A stretch of DNA of 64,000 nt from Gammaproteobacteria bacterium (lineage in GTDB: Bacteria > Pseudomonadota > Gammaproteobacteria > GCA-2400775): contig JAADIY010000042.1 in the NCBI GenBank assembly GCA_013151045.1, forward strand, positions 20,153 to 84,152, in the 5' to 3' direction. This document shows, one piece after another, positions 1 through 11,240 of this stretch. A program made the position numbers and the translations under genes. Below the pieces are notes generated by a model, which saw nothing but the letters and a program-made list of their open reading frames with translations, was not told the DNA's origin and ran no database searches. Numbering within the stretch: position 1 is the first letter of the stretch; every line of letters starts with the position of its first letter.

Positions 1-37
1 TCTGTTACAACTTACAACCCGCCATTTATTTAAGATA

Positions 38-418
38 TTACGCTAGAACTCCAGCGTATAACCATTTTCCATTTGCGCGCTTGAATAAAGATTTTTCATG
101 ATAAGCCACTTTTTCATCGCCTTGAAGAAAACAAGCCTTAAACTCGACAAAGCCTTCATCTCCTTTTTGCCACTTATCAAGCACGTCTAAACTAACCCAA
201 TCGACCGACTTTACAGATAGTTCTCCAGCATCCAGTCTCATAACATCATCAGTCAACCAGGTTTGCAATAGATACTCACCATAGCCACCTAGTGCGTACG
301 CGCTATAACGAGAACGCATCAGCCGTTCCGGAGATTTAGCAATTTCTTGTTGGTTTAAAAAACGATCACAACACTTTGAAAATAACTTACCACTATTACA
401 AATACATAAATCGCACAT
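38..418 (-). CDS. ychJ: YchJ/UPF0225 family protein (SEC-C motif + NTF2-like domain)
   Basis: N-terminal CxCxSGKxxxxCC, 'LMRSRYSAY', 'VEFKA', 'HEKSLF..W.Y' motifs. Confidence 0.9.
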   Translation of the reverse strand: MCDLCICNSGKLFSKCCDRFLNQQEIAKSPERLMRSRYSAYALGGYGEYLLQTWLTDDVMRLDAGELSVKSVDWVSLDVLDKWQKGDEGFVEFKACFLQGDEKVAYHEKSLFKRANGKWLYAGVLA

Positions 419-542
419 TTAGCAGTATTGAAAACCTGTGAGTTCAATTTGTAATTACCAAGGTAGATTGAATCTATCGATGGTAAGAGAGCAGGCTGCG
501 TTAGCAGCATGACTTTTCTCACCGCCAAACAATAAAAACCCT

Positions 543-1244
543 CTATATTCTCTGAACCAGCTTGCCATCAGCCAAGATAAAAATTTTGTCTGTCTTCTCC
601 GCTAGGCTTAAATCGTGCGTGACCATTAGCAGGCTAGTATTCATTTCTTGATTCAAGTCCAACATTATTTGATAAACTTGATCTGCATTTTTCTTATCAA
701 GGTTACCCGTTGGTTCATCGGCCATGATACATAACGGTTTTGTCACTAATGCACGTGCAATTGCAGTACGCTGACGTTCACCACCCGATAGTTCTGCAGG
801 TTTGTGGCCTAGGCGATGATCGAGGCCAACTCGTTTTAGAATATCTTCTGCCTGCATAGTTGCTTCATCAAGCGATACGCCACGAATACGGAGTGGCATC
901 ACAACATTTTCAACTGCGGTAAATTCAGGTAATAAATGATGCAATTGATAAATGAAACCCAATGCGCGATTACGCAAATAACCGCGTTGTTTTTCATTTA
1001 GACTGACAATATTTTTGCCGTCAATCCAAACTTCTCCTGCTGTCGGTTTATCCAAGCCACCGAGCAAATGTAATAAGGTACTCTTACCTTCACCGGAAGA
1101 CCCTAATATTGCGACTTGTTCACCGCGAGCAATACTAAAATCAATATCTTTTAATACTTCAACATTCAAAGAACCTTCGTTATGTGTTTTAGCTAAATGC
1201 ACACAACGTAAAATATCGGTATGAGTATCAGCTGAACTATTCAT
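543..1244 (-). CDS. lolD: Lipoprotein-releasing ABC transporter ATPase
   Basis: Walker [18 protein letters not shown] signature, ADEPTGNLD LolD motif; likely start MNSSAD at 1244 overlapping upstream stop. Confidence 0.93.
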   Translation of the reverse strand: MNSSADTHTDILRCVHLAKTHNEGSLNVEVLKDIDFSIARGEQVAILGSSGEGKSTLLHLLGGLDKPTAGEVWIDGKNIVSLNEKQRGYLRNRALGFIYQLHHLLPEFTAVENVVMPLRIRGVSLDEATMQAEDILKRVGLDHRLGHKPAELSGGERQRTAIARALVTKPLCIMADEPTGNLDKKNADQVYQIMLDLNQEMNTSLLMVTHDLSLAEKTDKIFILADGKLVQRI

Positions 1245-2484
1245 ATTGCAATGCATCAGCAGGTTGTAAACGTGAAGCACGCCACGCAGGATATATCGTC
1301 GCGAGGATAGTCAGGATAAAAGAAACACTCACAATGATCCCTAAGTCTTCCCATCTAAATTCGGATGGCACACCACTTAAGTAATAAATTTCAGACGAAA
1401 ACAATTCGCGTCCGACAAACTCTTCAATTGCTGGAACGATAACTCCAACGTTTGTCGCCAATATAACGCCAACAATCGTACCTAAAATAATCCCCAAAAC
1501 ACCTATAACAGTACCTTGAACAATAAAAATACGCATTACTGTACCAGGGCTGGCACCCAAGGTTCGTAGTATTGCTATATCAGATTCTTTATCTGTTACT
1601 AACATCACCAACGTTGAAACAATATTAAATGTAGCAATTGCTACGATAAAAAACAAAATAATGCGCATAACACTTTTTTCAGTTTCTACCGCTTTAAAAT
1701 AATTGACGTTGGCCTTTGTCCAATCACTGACGTAGTAGACCTCAGGCAAGCCATTGAGTAGTTCTCTAGAAACCGCTGGTGCCGCAAACATATCATCAAG
1801 CTTTAGGCGTACACCACTAACTTTACCCGGTAGCCGAAATAACTTAGCTGCGTCTTCTAAATGCGTTAATGCTATTGAGCTGTCATATTGATAATTACCT
1901 AGACGAAATATTCCTTTAACGGTAAACCGTTTGAGACGTGGCAATACTCCGACTGGGCTTAGCGTCGCTTGTGGTGTAATCAGTGTAATTTTATCTCCAA
2001 CTCTGGCATTAACTGCTCGAGCAAGATCAAAACCGAGAATAATATTAAATTCACCGACAACTAAATCGTCAAGACTACCTTCCAACATACGATCGCCAAA
2101 ATCAGAAACAGTAACCTCTTGGCTAGGTAGAATGCCTCTCACGAGCACGCCGTTGACCTTACCACCAGTGCTAATCATGCCCTCACCACGAACATAAGGC
2201 GCTGCGCCTTCGACATGGTCAAACTGTAGTGATTGCTCGACGAGTGATTGCCAGTTAGATAGACGACCCTCAATACCACTAATCGTTGCATGTGACGTCG
2301 CACCTAAAATTGTGTCGCGTATTTCTTTTTGAAAACCGTTCATTACTGAGATAACAGTAATCAATACGATGACACCAACAGCGAGGCCCAATATAGAGAC
2401 CAGCGATATCGCTGAGATGAAATGATTGCGGCGCTTTGCCCGTGTATAACGCAGCCCGACGTAGAGTTCTAGTGGTAATGCCAT
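1237..2484 (-). CDS. lolE: Lipoprotein-releasing ABC transporter permease LolC/E family
   Basis: '[14 protein letters not shown]', 'SVMNGF', 'IAILRTLGA', '[12 protein letters not shown]' motifs; directly upstream of lolD. Confidence 0.88.
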   Translation of the reverse strand: MALPLELYVGLRYTRAKRRNHFISAISLVSILGLAVGVIVLITVISVMNGFQKEIRDTILGATSHATISGIEGRLSNWQSLVEQSLQFDHVEGAAPYVRGEGMISTGGKVNGVLVRGILPSQEVTVSDFGDRMLEGSLDDLVVGEFNIILGFDLARAVNARVGDKITLITPQATLSPVGVLPRLKRFTVKGIFRLGNYQYDSSIALTHLEDAAKLFRLPGKVSGVRLKLDDMFAAPAVSRELLNGLPEVYYVSDWTKANVNYFKAVETEKSVMRIILFFIVAIATFNIVSTLVMLVTDKESDIAILRTLGASPGTVMRIFIVQGTVIGVLGIILGTIVGVILATNVGVIVPAIEEFVGRELFSSEIYYLSGVPSEFRWEDLGIIVSVSFILTILATIYPAWRASRLQPADALQYE

Positions 2485-2564
2485 GGATTGTAATTAAACC
2501 CTATTTGCTAGCAATGCATCATATCTGTTAAGACCTTATAAATTAAAAAATATCTTAAAGATAT

Positions 2565-3491
2565 CTAACGTCTACCGCGTCCTGCTACAGTCGGTTTTGA
2601 TTTGCCTTTATATACAGAGTTTTTTGTTTTCTTTGGATTGAGCTCAACTGTATCAATATGTTTAGCTGATTGTTTTACAGGATTTGACCGCGATCGACTT
2701 TTCTTCGCTGGCGCTCTACCACCGCGTTTTTGACCCCCTACGCTGTGCTCGGGCAAATCGAGTTTTATTGAGCTATAGAGTTTTTTAACTTCATTTGGAG
2801 CTAGCTCTCGCGTCTTATTCGCGCGCAAATCACGTGGTAAAATTGCCCTACCGTATTGAATACGAATTAAGCGACTGACCCTAAAGCCTAGATGTTCCCA
2901 AAGCCGCCGCACTTCGCGTTGGCGCCCTTCTCTTAAGGTCACGTTATACCAATGATTAGCGCCTTCGCCACCACCATCAGTAATATGATCAAAGTACGCT
3001 GGTCCATCATCAAGTTCTACACCTTCTTTTAACTGAGCAATATCTTCATCAGTGACGTCACCAAGGACACGCACTGAATAGACACGATGCACTTCAGTTG
3101 AGGGATGCATTAAACGGTTTGCCAATGCTCCATCAGTGGTGAATAACATCAGACCAGAGCTATTTAAATCGAGTCTGCCCACCGCCACCCAACGTGAACC
3201 GACCACTTTGGGCATTGCTTCATAAACACTAGGTCGCCCTTCAGGGTCTTTGCGACTACAAATACGTCCTTCAGGTTTATTGTAGAGGAGCACGCGAGGC
3301 GCATCAGGGCCATTACGTTTAAATCTTATTAGACGCGAGTCAACGGTGACTTTATCGTCACTAGTAATGGAATCACCTAACTTTGCTGTACGACTATTGA
3401 CGCGAACGCGGCCTTCTTTGATCCAGCCTTCTATCTCGCGACGTGATCCCATGCCGGTCTGTGCCAACACTTTTTGTATACGATCAGCCAT
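2565..3491 (-). CDS. rluB: 23S rRNA pseudouridine(2605) synthase
   Basis: S4 domain (RIQKVLA..GSRRE), catalytic GRLD, 'EGRQREVRRLW'; follows scpAB. Confidence 0.92.
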   Translation of the reverse strand: MADRIQKVLAQTGMGSRREIEGWIKEGRVRVNSRTAKLGDSITSDDKVTVDSRLIRFKRNGPDAPRVLLYNKPEGRICSRKDPEGRPSVYEAMPKVVGSRWVAVGRLDLNSSGLMLFTTDGALANRLMHPSTEVHRVYSVRVLGDVTDEDIAQLKEGVELDDGPAYFDHITDGGGEGANHWYNVTLREGRQREVRRLWEHLGFRVSRLIRIQYGRAILPRDLRANKTRELAPNEVKKLYSSIKLDLPEHSVGGQKRGGRAPAKKSRSRSNPVKQSAKHIDTVELNPKKTKNSVYKGKSKPTVAGRGRR

Positions 3492-3496
3492 CTGGT

Positions 3497-4363
3497 TTAC
3501 GAACTAGCTGCGTGATCTAACGCAGGCTCATTATCGTCATCTAACGATGCAAGATCTTCGTCACTTTCTGCTACGGCTTTTTGACTATCACTATTTTCTA
3601 TATCGTCAGCAACATCGTCGACGTTGTCATTAATAGATTGCTCATCAAGATCATCAGCGACCTGGTCAAGGTCTTCGCTGACATCGGTTTTGTCACCTTC
3701 TACCATTGCCACTGATGCAACAGCAATGGCTCCATCACTGTTTTCAGCATCAGCACTGTCGTTTGATGAATCCGAATTTTCATCTTTTTGGATTAAGTCT
3801 AATTCACCGGGGATTTGATCGATATCACGTATATCAGCTAACGGTGGTAACTCATCGAGTTTTTGCATATTTAAATCATCAAGTAATTTGCGTGTCGTTC
3901 CATAAATTGCTGGCTTACCTGGCACATCCCGATGCCCAACGAGTTTTATCCAGTCTCTATCAAGTAGCGTGCGAATAATATTTGTGCTGACTGCGACACC
4001 ACGTACGTCTTCAACTTCGGCACGAGTAATGGGTTGTTTGTAACAAATTAATGCCAGTGTCTCTAGCAATGCGCGCGAATAACGTGGCGCACGCTCTTCA
4101 AACATACGGTTAATCCATTCCCCATAGGTTTGGCGTACTTGATAACGATAGCCAGTGCTAACATGTACTAACTCTAAGCCACGGTCTTCACACTCAGCTT
4201 GTAGTGTTTCTATGGCGTCTGCAACTTCTTGCTTTGTCGGTAATTCTGCGTGCCCTTGGGGTGCATCAACATGAAACAAACCCAATACACGGTCTGCCGA
4301 CAACGGGCGCTCAGATGCGAACAATGCCGCTTCAATAATTGATTTTAGTTTTTCAGGCGTCAA
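3497..4363 (-). CDS. scpB: SMC-Scp complex subunit ScpB with acidic C-terminal tail
   Basis: 'IEAALFAS', 'SRALLETLALI.YKQPITR', 'PGKPAIYGTT'. Confidence 0.95.
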   Translation of the reverse strand: MTPEKLKSIIEAALFASERPLSADRVLGLFHVDAPQGHAELPTKQEVADAIETLQAECEDRGLELVHVSTGYRYQVRQTYGEWINRMFEERAPRYSRALLETLALICYKQPITRAEVEDVRGVAVSTNIIRTLLDRDWIKLVGHRDVPGKPAIYGTTRKLLDDLNMQKLDELPPLADIRDIDQIPGELDLIQKDENSDSSNDSADAENSDGAIAVASVAMVEGDKTDVSEDLDQVADDLDEQSINDNVDDVADDIENSDSQKAVAESDEDLASLDDDNEPALDHAASS

Positions 4364-5192
4364 CGTCTATTTCCTTTATCTCTTTTACTTTGACATGAAT
4401 CGGGGCATAAGGCTCTGTTTGAACAATATCAATTAAACCGCCTTTTAATAATTCTAGAATAGCGAGAAAGCTTACGATCATGCCTTGTCTGCCCTCTTCA
4501 ACGGTAAACAGTTCTATAAAACTAATGAATGACCGCGCATTCACTTCAGATAAAATAGAAGTCATACGCTCACGTACCGACAAGGGCTCCATCACTATAT
4601 GGTGATGCGCATACTGATCCGCGCGTTTCATGACATCGTTGGCGGCGTGAATCAAATCTTGCAATGTGATTTTCGGTAATAATTTTTCAGTCACGGCGGG
4701 TGGTCGCGCTGCAACATCAAATACATCGCGACCCATTCGAGGCAAGGCATCAATATTTTGCGCTGCATCTTTAAAACGTTCATATTCTTGCAAACGTCTC
4801 ACTAGCTCGGCACGCGGATCATCTTCATCGTCCACTTCAACTGGACGTGGCAATAATAAACGTGACTTTATCTCAGCCAACATGGCTGCCATAACCAAAT
4901 ATTCGGCCGCTAGCTCAAGCTTCATCTCTTTCATTATTCCAATGTAATCCATGTATTGGCGAGTGATTTCTGCCAACGGAATATTGAGAATATCGAGATT
5001 CTGCCGTTTGATAAGGTAAAGAAGTAAATCGAGCGGGCCTTCAAACGCATCCAAAAACACTTCTAGAGCGTCGGGTGGAATATACAAATCTTGTGGGATT
5101 TGTGTCATCGGCTCACCAGCTACCATCGCTAGTGGTAAATGTTCCTGTGTAGGAACGGTATTGGGCGCTGGGCTTACTTCAGTTTCAGACAT
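4353..5192 (-). CDS. scpA: Segregation/condensation protein A (kleisin)
   Basis: 'FEGPLDLLLYLI', 'IKSRLLLP', 'FLAILEL'. Confidence 0.95.
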   Translation of the reverse strand: MSETEVSPAPNTVPTQEHLPLAMVAGEPMTQIPQDLYIPPDALEVFLDAFEGPLDLLLYLIKRQNLDILNIPLAEITRQYMDYIGIMKEMKLELAAEYLVMAAMLAEIKSRLLLPRPVEVDDEDDPRAELVRRLQEYERFKDAAQNIDALPRMGRDVFDVAARPPAVTEKLLPKITLQDLIHAANDVMKRADQYAHHHIVMEPLSVRERMTSILSEVNARSFISFIELFTVEEGRQGMIVSFLAILELLKGGLIDIVQTEPYAPIHVKVKEIKEIDVDA

Positions 5193-5243
5193 GAGCCATT
5201 ATAGCCAAATTCAGTCCTGCCCGCCCAGACTTGGGGCGCAAAC

Positions 5244-6461
5244 TTAGCGATAAGAAAGCCCCATTGCTTTACGCACATCAACCAGCGTCTCACGCGCCAC
5301 TTCACGTGCTTGATCACAGCCCTCATTAATGATATTACGCACAAGACGCGGGGCGTCTTCAAATTCTTTGGCGCGGGTAATAATGACTTCCTGCTCGGCA
5401 ATGATCGCATCAATCAGCGGTTTTTTGCAATCCAGGCAACCAAATGTCGCGCTACGACAACCTTCCATCACCCATGATTTAGTTTTTTCATCAGAATACA
5501 CCTGATGCAGGTCCCAGACTGGACACTTTTCAGGATTGCCGGGATCGGTCAATCTCACCCGCGCTGGGTCAGTAGGCATAGTCTTAAGCTTCTTAACAAC
5601 AGAATCTGGTGCCTCGCGAAGGCCAATGGTATTACCGTAAGACTTAGACATTTTTTGGCCATCTAGTCCCGGCATTTTCGACGTCTCAGTTAACAAGGCT
5701 TGCGGTTCAGGTAATATAATTTTGCCGCCTCCCTCAAGAAAACCAAGTAAACGCTCACGATCACCAAGCGTAATATTTTGTTGTTCTTCGATAAGAGCCT
5801 GGCCTTTTGCTAGGGCCTCATCATCACCTTCTTCTTGATATTTACGCTTTAACTCTTTGTATAATTTATTGTTTTTCTTTCCCATTTTAGCAGATGCGGC
5901 TTCTGCCTTCTCGTTAAAATCAGGGTCACGACCATAAAGAAAATTAAAGCGGCGAGCGACTTCGCGTGTTAGTTCAATATGCGCAACTTGGTCTTCGCCA
6001 ATAGGCACTTGGCCTGCTTTATAGGCCAAAATATCGGCGCTTTGCAGCAAGGGGTATCCCAAAAAACCGTAGGTATCGAGCTCTTTTTCACGTAACTTTA
6101 GCTGCTGATCCTTATAGCTAGGCACACGCTCCAACCAGCCTAGCGGCGTCATCATCGACAACAGTAAATGTAATTCAGCATGTTCCTGAACCTGTGATTG
6201 AATAAACAACACAGCAGAGCTCGGGTTTATGCCTACCGCCAACCAATCAATCACCATATCCCATACCGCAGCATCAATCTTGGACGGGTCATCGTAATCG
6301 GTTGTTAAAGCATGCCAGTCGGCAACAAAAAAGAAACATTCGTACTCGTTCTGCAGCTCTAGCCAGTTTTTTAGCACACCATGATAGTGTCCTAAATGTA
6401 AGCGTCCTGTCGGTCGCATGCCTGATACGACTCTTTGGTTTTGCGGTGCAATCGAGTTCAA
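5244..6461 (-). CDS. trpS: Tryptophan--tRNA ligase (long form with insertion)
   Basis: SGMRPTG.LHLGH (HIGH-like) and KMSKS motifs. Confidence 0.97.
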   Translation of the reverse strand: MNSIAPQNQRVVSGMRPTGRLHLGHYHGVLKNWLELQNEYECFFFVADWHALTTDYDDPSKIDAAVWDMVIDWLAVGINPSSAVLFIQSQVQEHAELHLLLSMMTPLGWLERVPSYKDQQLKLREKELDTYGFLGYPLLQSADILAYKAGQVPIGEDQVAHIELTREVARRFNFLYGRDPDFNEKAEAASAKMGKKNNKLYKELKRKYQEEGDDEALAKGQALIEEQQNITLGDRERLLGFLEGGGKIILPEPQALLTETSKMPGLDGQKMSKSYGNTIGLREAPDSVVKKLKTMPTDPARVRLTDPGNPEKCPVWDLHQVYSDEKTKSWVMEGCRSATFGCLDCKKPLIDAIIAEQEVIITRAKEFEDAPRLVRNIINEGCDQAREVARETLVDVRKAMGLSYR

Positions 6462-6534
6462 ACTGTTTTACTCCAGAATAATGAAGGGGGTGATGGTATC
6501 AATAGCGCTGAGATGTGCCAACGTTTATGAAGAC

Positions 6535-7164
6535 TTAATCTAAATTGAGCGCTGCAATATCGCCCTTGCCTTCACGCACTAAGGTCGGCTCATCCTCTAA
6601 CCACTCAACCACAGTTGTTGGCTCGTAGCCACAGGCACCACCATCAATAATCATATCAATCTGATTGCCTATACGATCACGAATTTCTTCTGCATCTGCT
6701 AACGGTAGCTCTTCACTTGGCAGCATTAAGCTTACACTCATCAGTGGCTCACCCATGACATCTAACAAAGCATTACATATTTTATTATCCGGAACACGTA
6801 TACCGATGGTACGACGACGCGCATGCTGCAACCTGCGTGGCACCTCACGTGTTGCCTGCAATATAAAGGTATAGGCGCCTGGCGTGACTGATTTAATCAT
6901 GCGGTAGGCGGTATTACTCACTCGTGCATAGGTCGCAATCTCAGACAAATCACGGCAAATGAGTGTGAAATTATGCTTATCTTCCAACCCACGTAAACGA
7001 CGAATAGCATCCATGGCCGCTTTATCACCAATATGACAACCCAAGGCGTAGCATGAGTCAGTGGGATAGGCGACCACCCCACCTTTGCGTAACACGGTCG
7101 CAGCCTGAGCGATCAACCGCGGCTGTGGGTTGTCTGGGTGAATTGATACAAATTGAGCTGACAT
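6535..7164 (-). CDS. yciO: Sua5/YciO/YrdC family protein
   Basis: 'IHPDNPQPRLI', 'YPTDSCYALGC', 'TIGIRVPD'; conserved position next to PHP and trpS. Confidence 0.9.
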   Translation of the reverse strand: MSAQFVSIHPDNPQPRLIAQAATVLRKGGVVAYPTDSCYALGCHIGDKAAMDAIRRLRGLEDKHNFTLICRDLSEIATYARVSNTAYRMIKSVTPGAYTFILQATREVPRRLQHARRRTIGIRVPDNKICNALLDVMGEPLMSVSLMLPSEELPLADAEEIRDRIGNQIDMIIDGGACGYEPTTVVEWLEDEPTLVREGKGDIAALNLD

Positions 7165-7182
7165 AACAATGAGTTATAACAA

Positions 7183-8031
7183 TTAATTAATTTTATTTAA
7201 AGATAAAGAGCTGTGCTGCCAAATCGGTACACACTGCTCAGGCAATGGTGCCACATGGCCTAATTCTCTACGGCCTTTTTCTGGGTCGTGAAAATCTGAG
7301 CCAACAGATGACATAAGACCATACTCCGTGGCTAAGGCTGTGGTAATACGAATATCGTCGTCATTATGACCACTACCAATAACCTCTATACCTTCGCCAC
7401 CATATTCAACAAAGTCTGCCAACATTTCCTTCATTTTTGTCATGGTGAGTTTGTAACGTGCCGGGTGAGCGACTACTGCCACACCTCCGGCTGCTTTGAT
7501 CCACGATACCGCATCAGCCAAAGGAGCCCATTCACTATTAACGTAACCAGGCTTGCCATTAACCAAATAGCGCTTAAAGACTTGCTTCATATCCTTGGCA
7601 TAGCCCTTATCGATAAGGAAACGCGCAAAATGGGTACGACTTAATAAGCCTTCCTTAGAATATTCCTGAGCGCCCTCATAGGCTCCTTCAATACCATGTC
7701 GCGCTAAATCTTTGGCCATACGCTGCGCACGCTCTGAGCGTGCATTTTGCATTTGCTTCAAACCTGCCGCCAACTCAGCGTTATTCGGATCCACACCCAA
7801 ACCAACGATATGCAATAAGCGCTTTGACCAGGTAGCTGAGATTTCGACACCATTAACCAGCTGCACACCATTATCATCAGCGATTTTGCGCGCCTCTGCC
7901 AAACCGTCAGTATTGTCATGGTCAGTCAACGCCAGCACATCAACGCGCTTATCTGCTGCGCGCTGCAATAACTGAGTAGGCGTCAATGTGCCATCAGAAT
8001 AAGTAGAATGAGAATGAAGGTCGTATTTCAT
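7183..8031 (-). CDS. rnm: PHP-domain 5'-3' exoribonuclease (YciV/TrpH/RNase AM)
   Basis: DLHSHSTYSDG, ALTDHD, AHPARY, GSDFH; likely start MKYDLH at 8031. Confidence 0.85.
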   Translation of the reverse strand: MKYDLHSHSTYSDGTLTPTQLLQRAADKRVDVLALTDHDNTDGLAEARKIADDNGVQLVNGVEISATWSKRLLHIVGLGVDPNNAELAAGLKQMQNARSERAQRMAKDLARHGIEGAYEGAQEYSKEGLLSRTHFARFLIDKGYAKDMKQVFKRYLVNGKPGYVNSEWAPLADAVSWIKAAGGVAVVAHPARYKLTMTKMKEMLADFVEYGGEGIEVIGSGHNDDDIRITTALATEYGLMSSVGSDFHDPEKGRRELGHVAPLPEQCVPIWQHSSLSLNKIN

Positions 8032-8124
8032 GATTTCCTGTAAAGCATTTACACGGCTGGCAATCAATCGCTATTAATTGCCTATATAATGGCTGACTTT
8101 TCCGCGTATGCGAGCTGTATCACC

Positions 8125-8709
8125 ATGAAACTGCTGTTAGATTTTTTTCCCATTATACTGTTTTTTATCGCTGCTAAGGTATATGACATCTATGTCGCCA
8201 CCGCTGTCGCCATCGCCGCCTCGGTAATACAAGTCGCCTACCTCTATTTTCGCAATGGTCGCGTCGAAAAAATGCATCTCATCACCCTCGCTGCAATCGT
8301 TATTCTGGGTGGCAGCACCTTGTTATTGCAGGACGAACAATTCATTAAATGGAAGCCTTCGGTCGTCAATTGGCTCTTCGCCGTAGTCTTTATTGGCAGC
8401 CAATTTATTGGTGAGAGACCCGTTATTCAACGTATGATGGGTAACAACTTTATGCTACCCAACACCATGTGGACTAAGCTCAATCTAATTTGGGCCGCAT
8501 TTTTCATTTTTCTTGGCGTAACAAACCTTTACGTCGCCTATAACTTTGATACTGACACTTGGGTTAACTTCAAGCTATTCGGCATGCTTGGACTAACCCT
8601 CGTATTTATTATTGTGCAAACCATTTATATCTCTAAGCATGCAATACCCGTCGAGAACGGTGATGGTGATACTGACGAAGACGAAGACGAAAATAAGGAT
8701 AAAGATTAA
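8125..8709 (+). CDS. yciB: Inner-membrane protein YciB (IspZ/septation protein A)
   Basis: '[14 protein letters not shown]', 'FIKWKP', 'WVNFKLFG'; likely start at 8125. Confidence 0.93.
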   Translation: MKLLLDFFPIILFFIAAKVYDIYVATAVAIAASVIQVAYLYFRNGRVEKMHLITLAAIVILGGSTLLLQDEQFIKWKPSVVNWLFAVVFIGSQFIGERPVIQRMMGNNFMLPNTMWTKLNLIWAAFFIFLGVTNLYVAYNFDTDTWVNFKLFGMLGLTLVFIIVQTIYISKHAIPVENGDGDTDEDEDENKDKD

Positions 8710-8711
8710 CT

Positions 8712-9011
8712 ATGCTTTACGTAATTATCGCCGAGGATGTAGATAACAGCCTCGAAAAACGTTTAGCCACTCGCCCTGACCATCTAGCACGGCTACAAGC
8801 CTTAAAAGACGCTGGCCGACTGACTCTCGCAGGCCCTTGTCCGAATATAGATAACGAAGACCCCGGCCCAGCAGGATTTAGTGGCAGCGTTATTGTCGCC
8901 AAGTTTGATTCACTTGCCGCAGCCAAATCCTGGGCCAACGCTGACCCTTATGTTGCCGCAGGCGTCTATTCCAATGTCAGCGTCAAACCCTTTAAGTATG
9001 TACTACCATGA
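8712..9011 (+). CDS. yciI: YciI family protein
   Basis: 'RPDHLARL', 'AGP.P', 'WANADPY'. Confidence 0.93.
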   Translation: MLYVIIAEDVDNSLEKRLATRPDHLARLQALKDAGRLTLAGPCPNIDNEDPGPAGFSGSVIVAKFDSLAAAKSWANADPYVAAGVYSNVSVKPFKYVLP

Positions 9012-9283
9012 GTGATCGCATAGCAATGATTCGCCAACGGCTGACAGACAAGCTGTCTCCAAGCTCGCTGGAAATTATCGATGACAGCCATAAACATGTC
9101 GGCCATGCCGGTGCAGCCGGTGGTGGTGGCCATTTTACAGTCAATATTATCGCCGCAGTCTTTACCGGAAAATCGCTGATTGAGCGCCATCGCGCTATCT
9201 ACGATGCACTCGGTGATGCTATGGAAAGTGAGATTCATGCATTGAGCATTAAGGCAAAAACCCAAGCTGAAGCTGACTCATAG
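9008..9283 (+). CDS. bolA: BolA family protein
   Basis: '[13 protein letters not shown]', 'RHRAIYDAL', 'IHALSI'. Confidence 0.92.
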   Translation: MSDRIAMIRQRLTDKLSPSSLEIIDDSHKHVGHAGAAGGGGHFTVNIIAAVFTGKSLIERHRAIYDALGDAMESEIHALSIKAKTQAEADS

Positions 9284-9509
9284 TAAAGGGTCAGCAATAC
9301 GCAGTAATTAAGCAAAAGATATTCATATTAATATCTTTTAATTCAAATGCTTAAAAAATTAGCTTTAGGCCTATACGTGTTGAAAGTACTAGGCATTGTG
9401 CTTCTTCTAAATCAAGATGCAAGATGGTAAACTACGCGCTCAATTATTAAGCTTCATGCACTATAGGGGCAGCACAGTGGATTTTTTGACAATAGAGTTC
9501 ATTACCGAC

Positions 9510-9611
9510 ATGGTACTTTGGATCAGCATTCTAGTAAGCGCGCTGTTAAGTGTTTTAATCATCATGATTTACTTCAAAGATAACTGGTTCGAGCCAAACA
9601 AAAAAAACTAA
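9510..9611 (+). CDS. Candidate 33-aa single-TM small protein
   Basis: MVLWISILVSALLSVLIIMIYFKDNWFEPNKKN is one hydrophobic helix with a charged tail, followed by a GC-rich hairpin; weak RBS. Confidence 0.35.
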   Translation: MVLWISILVSALLSVLIIMIYFKDNWFEPNKKN

Positions 9612-9745
9612 GTTTTCAGTTAGCGCCGCCCTAGCCGCGGCGCTCTAACATTGTGTGCTTATCTATACAGCACATAGCTAATAGGTTTTTGGCTTTGCTT
9701 TTTGTAGCACTCGCCACTATTCCTGCTTTATTCTTTTTACCCCAA

Positions 9746-10345
9746 CTACTGCTTTATAAACTGTAGCAACCTATTGTTCGCTGGCATTTCGTGGTCTTCA
9801 GTCAAAGAAAAGCTGTAATCAGCTGCTAGCTGCACCACCTTCTCGCACTCTCTTATACCGCTGCCTGGGTAAATCGATTTTGCCCAAGCATCTAAGTTGG
9901 CATTGCCATCAGAGGTAAATTGGCCGTCATAGTTAAACGGGCCATAAAGACAAAAATAGTTATCTGCGTCCAATAACTCACCAATACCAGAAAACATCGC
10001 TTCGACAGCTTGCCATGGTGCAATATGCGCAATATTAGCGGCGAACACACCATCAGCTTTTTCTAGTGGCCACGGTGTATTCATCACATCCAACTGCAAA
10101 GGAGCATTAATATTACTAAGACCAGACTTTTGTCGATACATCTCGACACTAGATAATGTCTCACCCATATCGCTGGGCTGCCAACAGACATGAGGTAACA
10201 TCGCCGCCATATGTGCCGCATGCTGCCCACTGCCGCTACCGATCTCTAATACTAAACTTGGAGCGATAAATATGGTTCGCAAGACATCCGAGATTGCAGT
10301 TTTATTATTTTCACACGCCTGCGAAAATAATTGCTGAGAATTCAT
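9746..10345 (-). CDS. DUF938 family SAM-dependent methyltransferase
   Basis: 'FSQACENNK', 'VLEIGSGSGQHA', 'WQPSD', 'YGPF', 'MPANN'. Confidence 0.9.
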   Translation of the reverse strand: MNSQQLFSQACENNKTAISDVLRTIFIAPSLVLEIGSGSGQHAAHMAAMLPHVCWQPSDMGETLSSVEMYRQKSGLSNINAPLQLDVMNTPWPLEKADGVFAANIAHIAPWQAVEAMFSGIGELLDADNYFCLYGPFNYDGQFTSDGNANLDAWAKSIYPGSGIRECEKVVQLAADYSFSLTEDHEMPANNRLLQFIKQ

Positions 10346-10360
10346 AATAAATTATTAAAC

Positions 10361-10900
10361 CTAATTTTTAAATAGATGAATTTCATTTAGACGATAGGCA
10401 GAGAATACAGCCACTAACGCCAATAAAAATAAAAAAACTACAACCAAGAAGATACTTTACTCTTCTATAACGGCGCTAACAGCACCAACAATCAGGAGTG
10501 CTATACCAATGATGCTATTACTCAAGGCCACATAATCTGCTCTATTTTTTACATCGCCATATCAACGAGATACGTCTGGCGACCTATGTGCACACCTGCA
10601 TGAGTGATAACAAATATCATGAACAACCGTGTATAACACTAAAAACCTAATTAACCATTAAGTAAACCGAATAGAAAAACAACAACCCCACATAGACCGA
10701 CGACCATACCAGCCATAATTAATACTAAACAACTAGAGCAATCATCCAACCTCCCCCAAATTAGTGCGCTTAAACTCCCGGCGACACCACTAACAACGAT
10801 AAGTATACCAAGCTCTCGAACACTCGCTAATTCATCACCAATCTAGGTTGCGATTAAACTAAGCAAGTGGAGAAAATAATTGCGCGCAGAAACCGCTGTT
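10361..10900 (-). pseudogene. Degraded MFS transporter remnant
   Basis: Manual translation gives pieces RNYFLHLLSLIAT*IGDELAS / LGILIVVSGVAGSLSALIWGRLDDCSS / THAGVHIGRQTYLVDMA / NRADYVALSNSIIGIALL with stops and frameshifts. Confidence 0.65.
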
Positions 10901-10964
10901 TTAGTCACAACACCGATGCCAACCTAAAAATTGATAGTATTGGTAGCCTGCGAAAATATCGTGA

Positions 10965-11169
10965 TTAATCGTTGAGAATAAATGTGACTTTACATTGTGA
11001 CGCGGTATTCAGTGATCTTTCCATTAGCAACAATCATCTGCTGATCTTGAACCCATGCACCTTTAACATTATCTAATGTTTTGCTCGCGCGCTTAATACC
11101 TTTCTTACAAGCATCTTCAAAGCTTTTACTTGAACCGGAAGTAATTTCTATAATACGTGCAACGGCCAT
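10965..11169 (-). pseudogene. Dodecin (flavin-binding) gene with a 1-nt insertion
   Basis: AGGAG RBS, MAVARIIEITSGSSKSFEDACKKGIKRASKTLDNVKGAWVQDQQMIVANGKITEYRVTM* (stop 10990-10992); the family C-terminus KVTFILND* follows one base out of frame. Confidence 0.8.
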
Positions 11170-11240
11170 GACGCTCTCCTTATTATGGTTTAAATACTTC
11201 AGTCATAATAAAGAGAATTACAATGAAATGGCAGTGCTTT

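Noticed and set aside
1237-2484. Single lolC/E gene before lolD as unusual
   Set aside because: A single permease (LolF-type homodimer) is common outside enterobacteria
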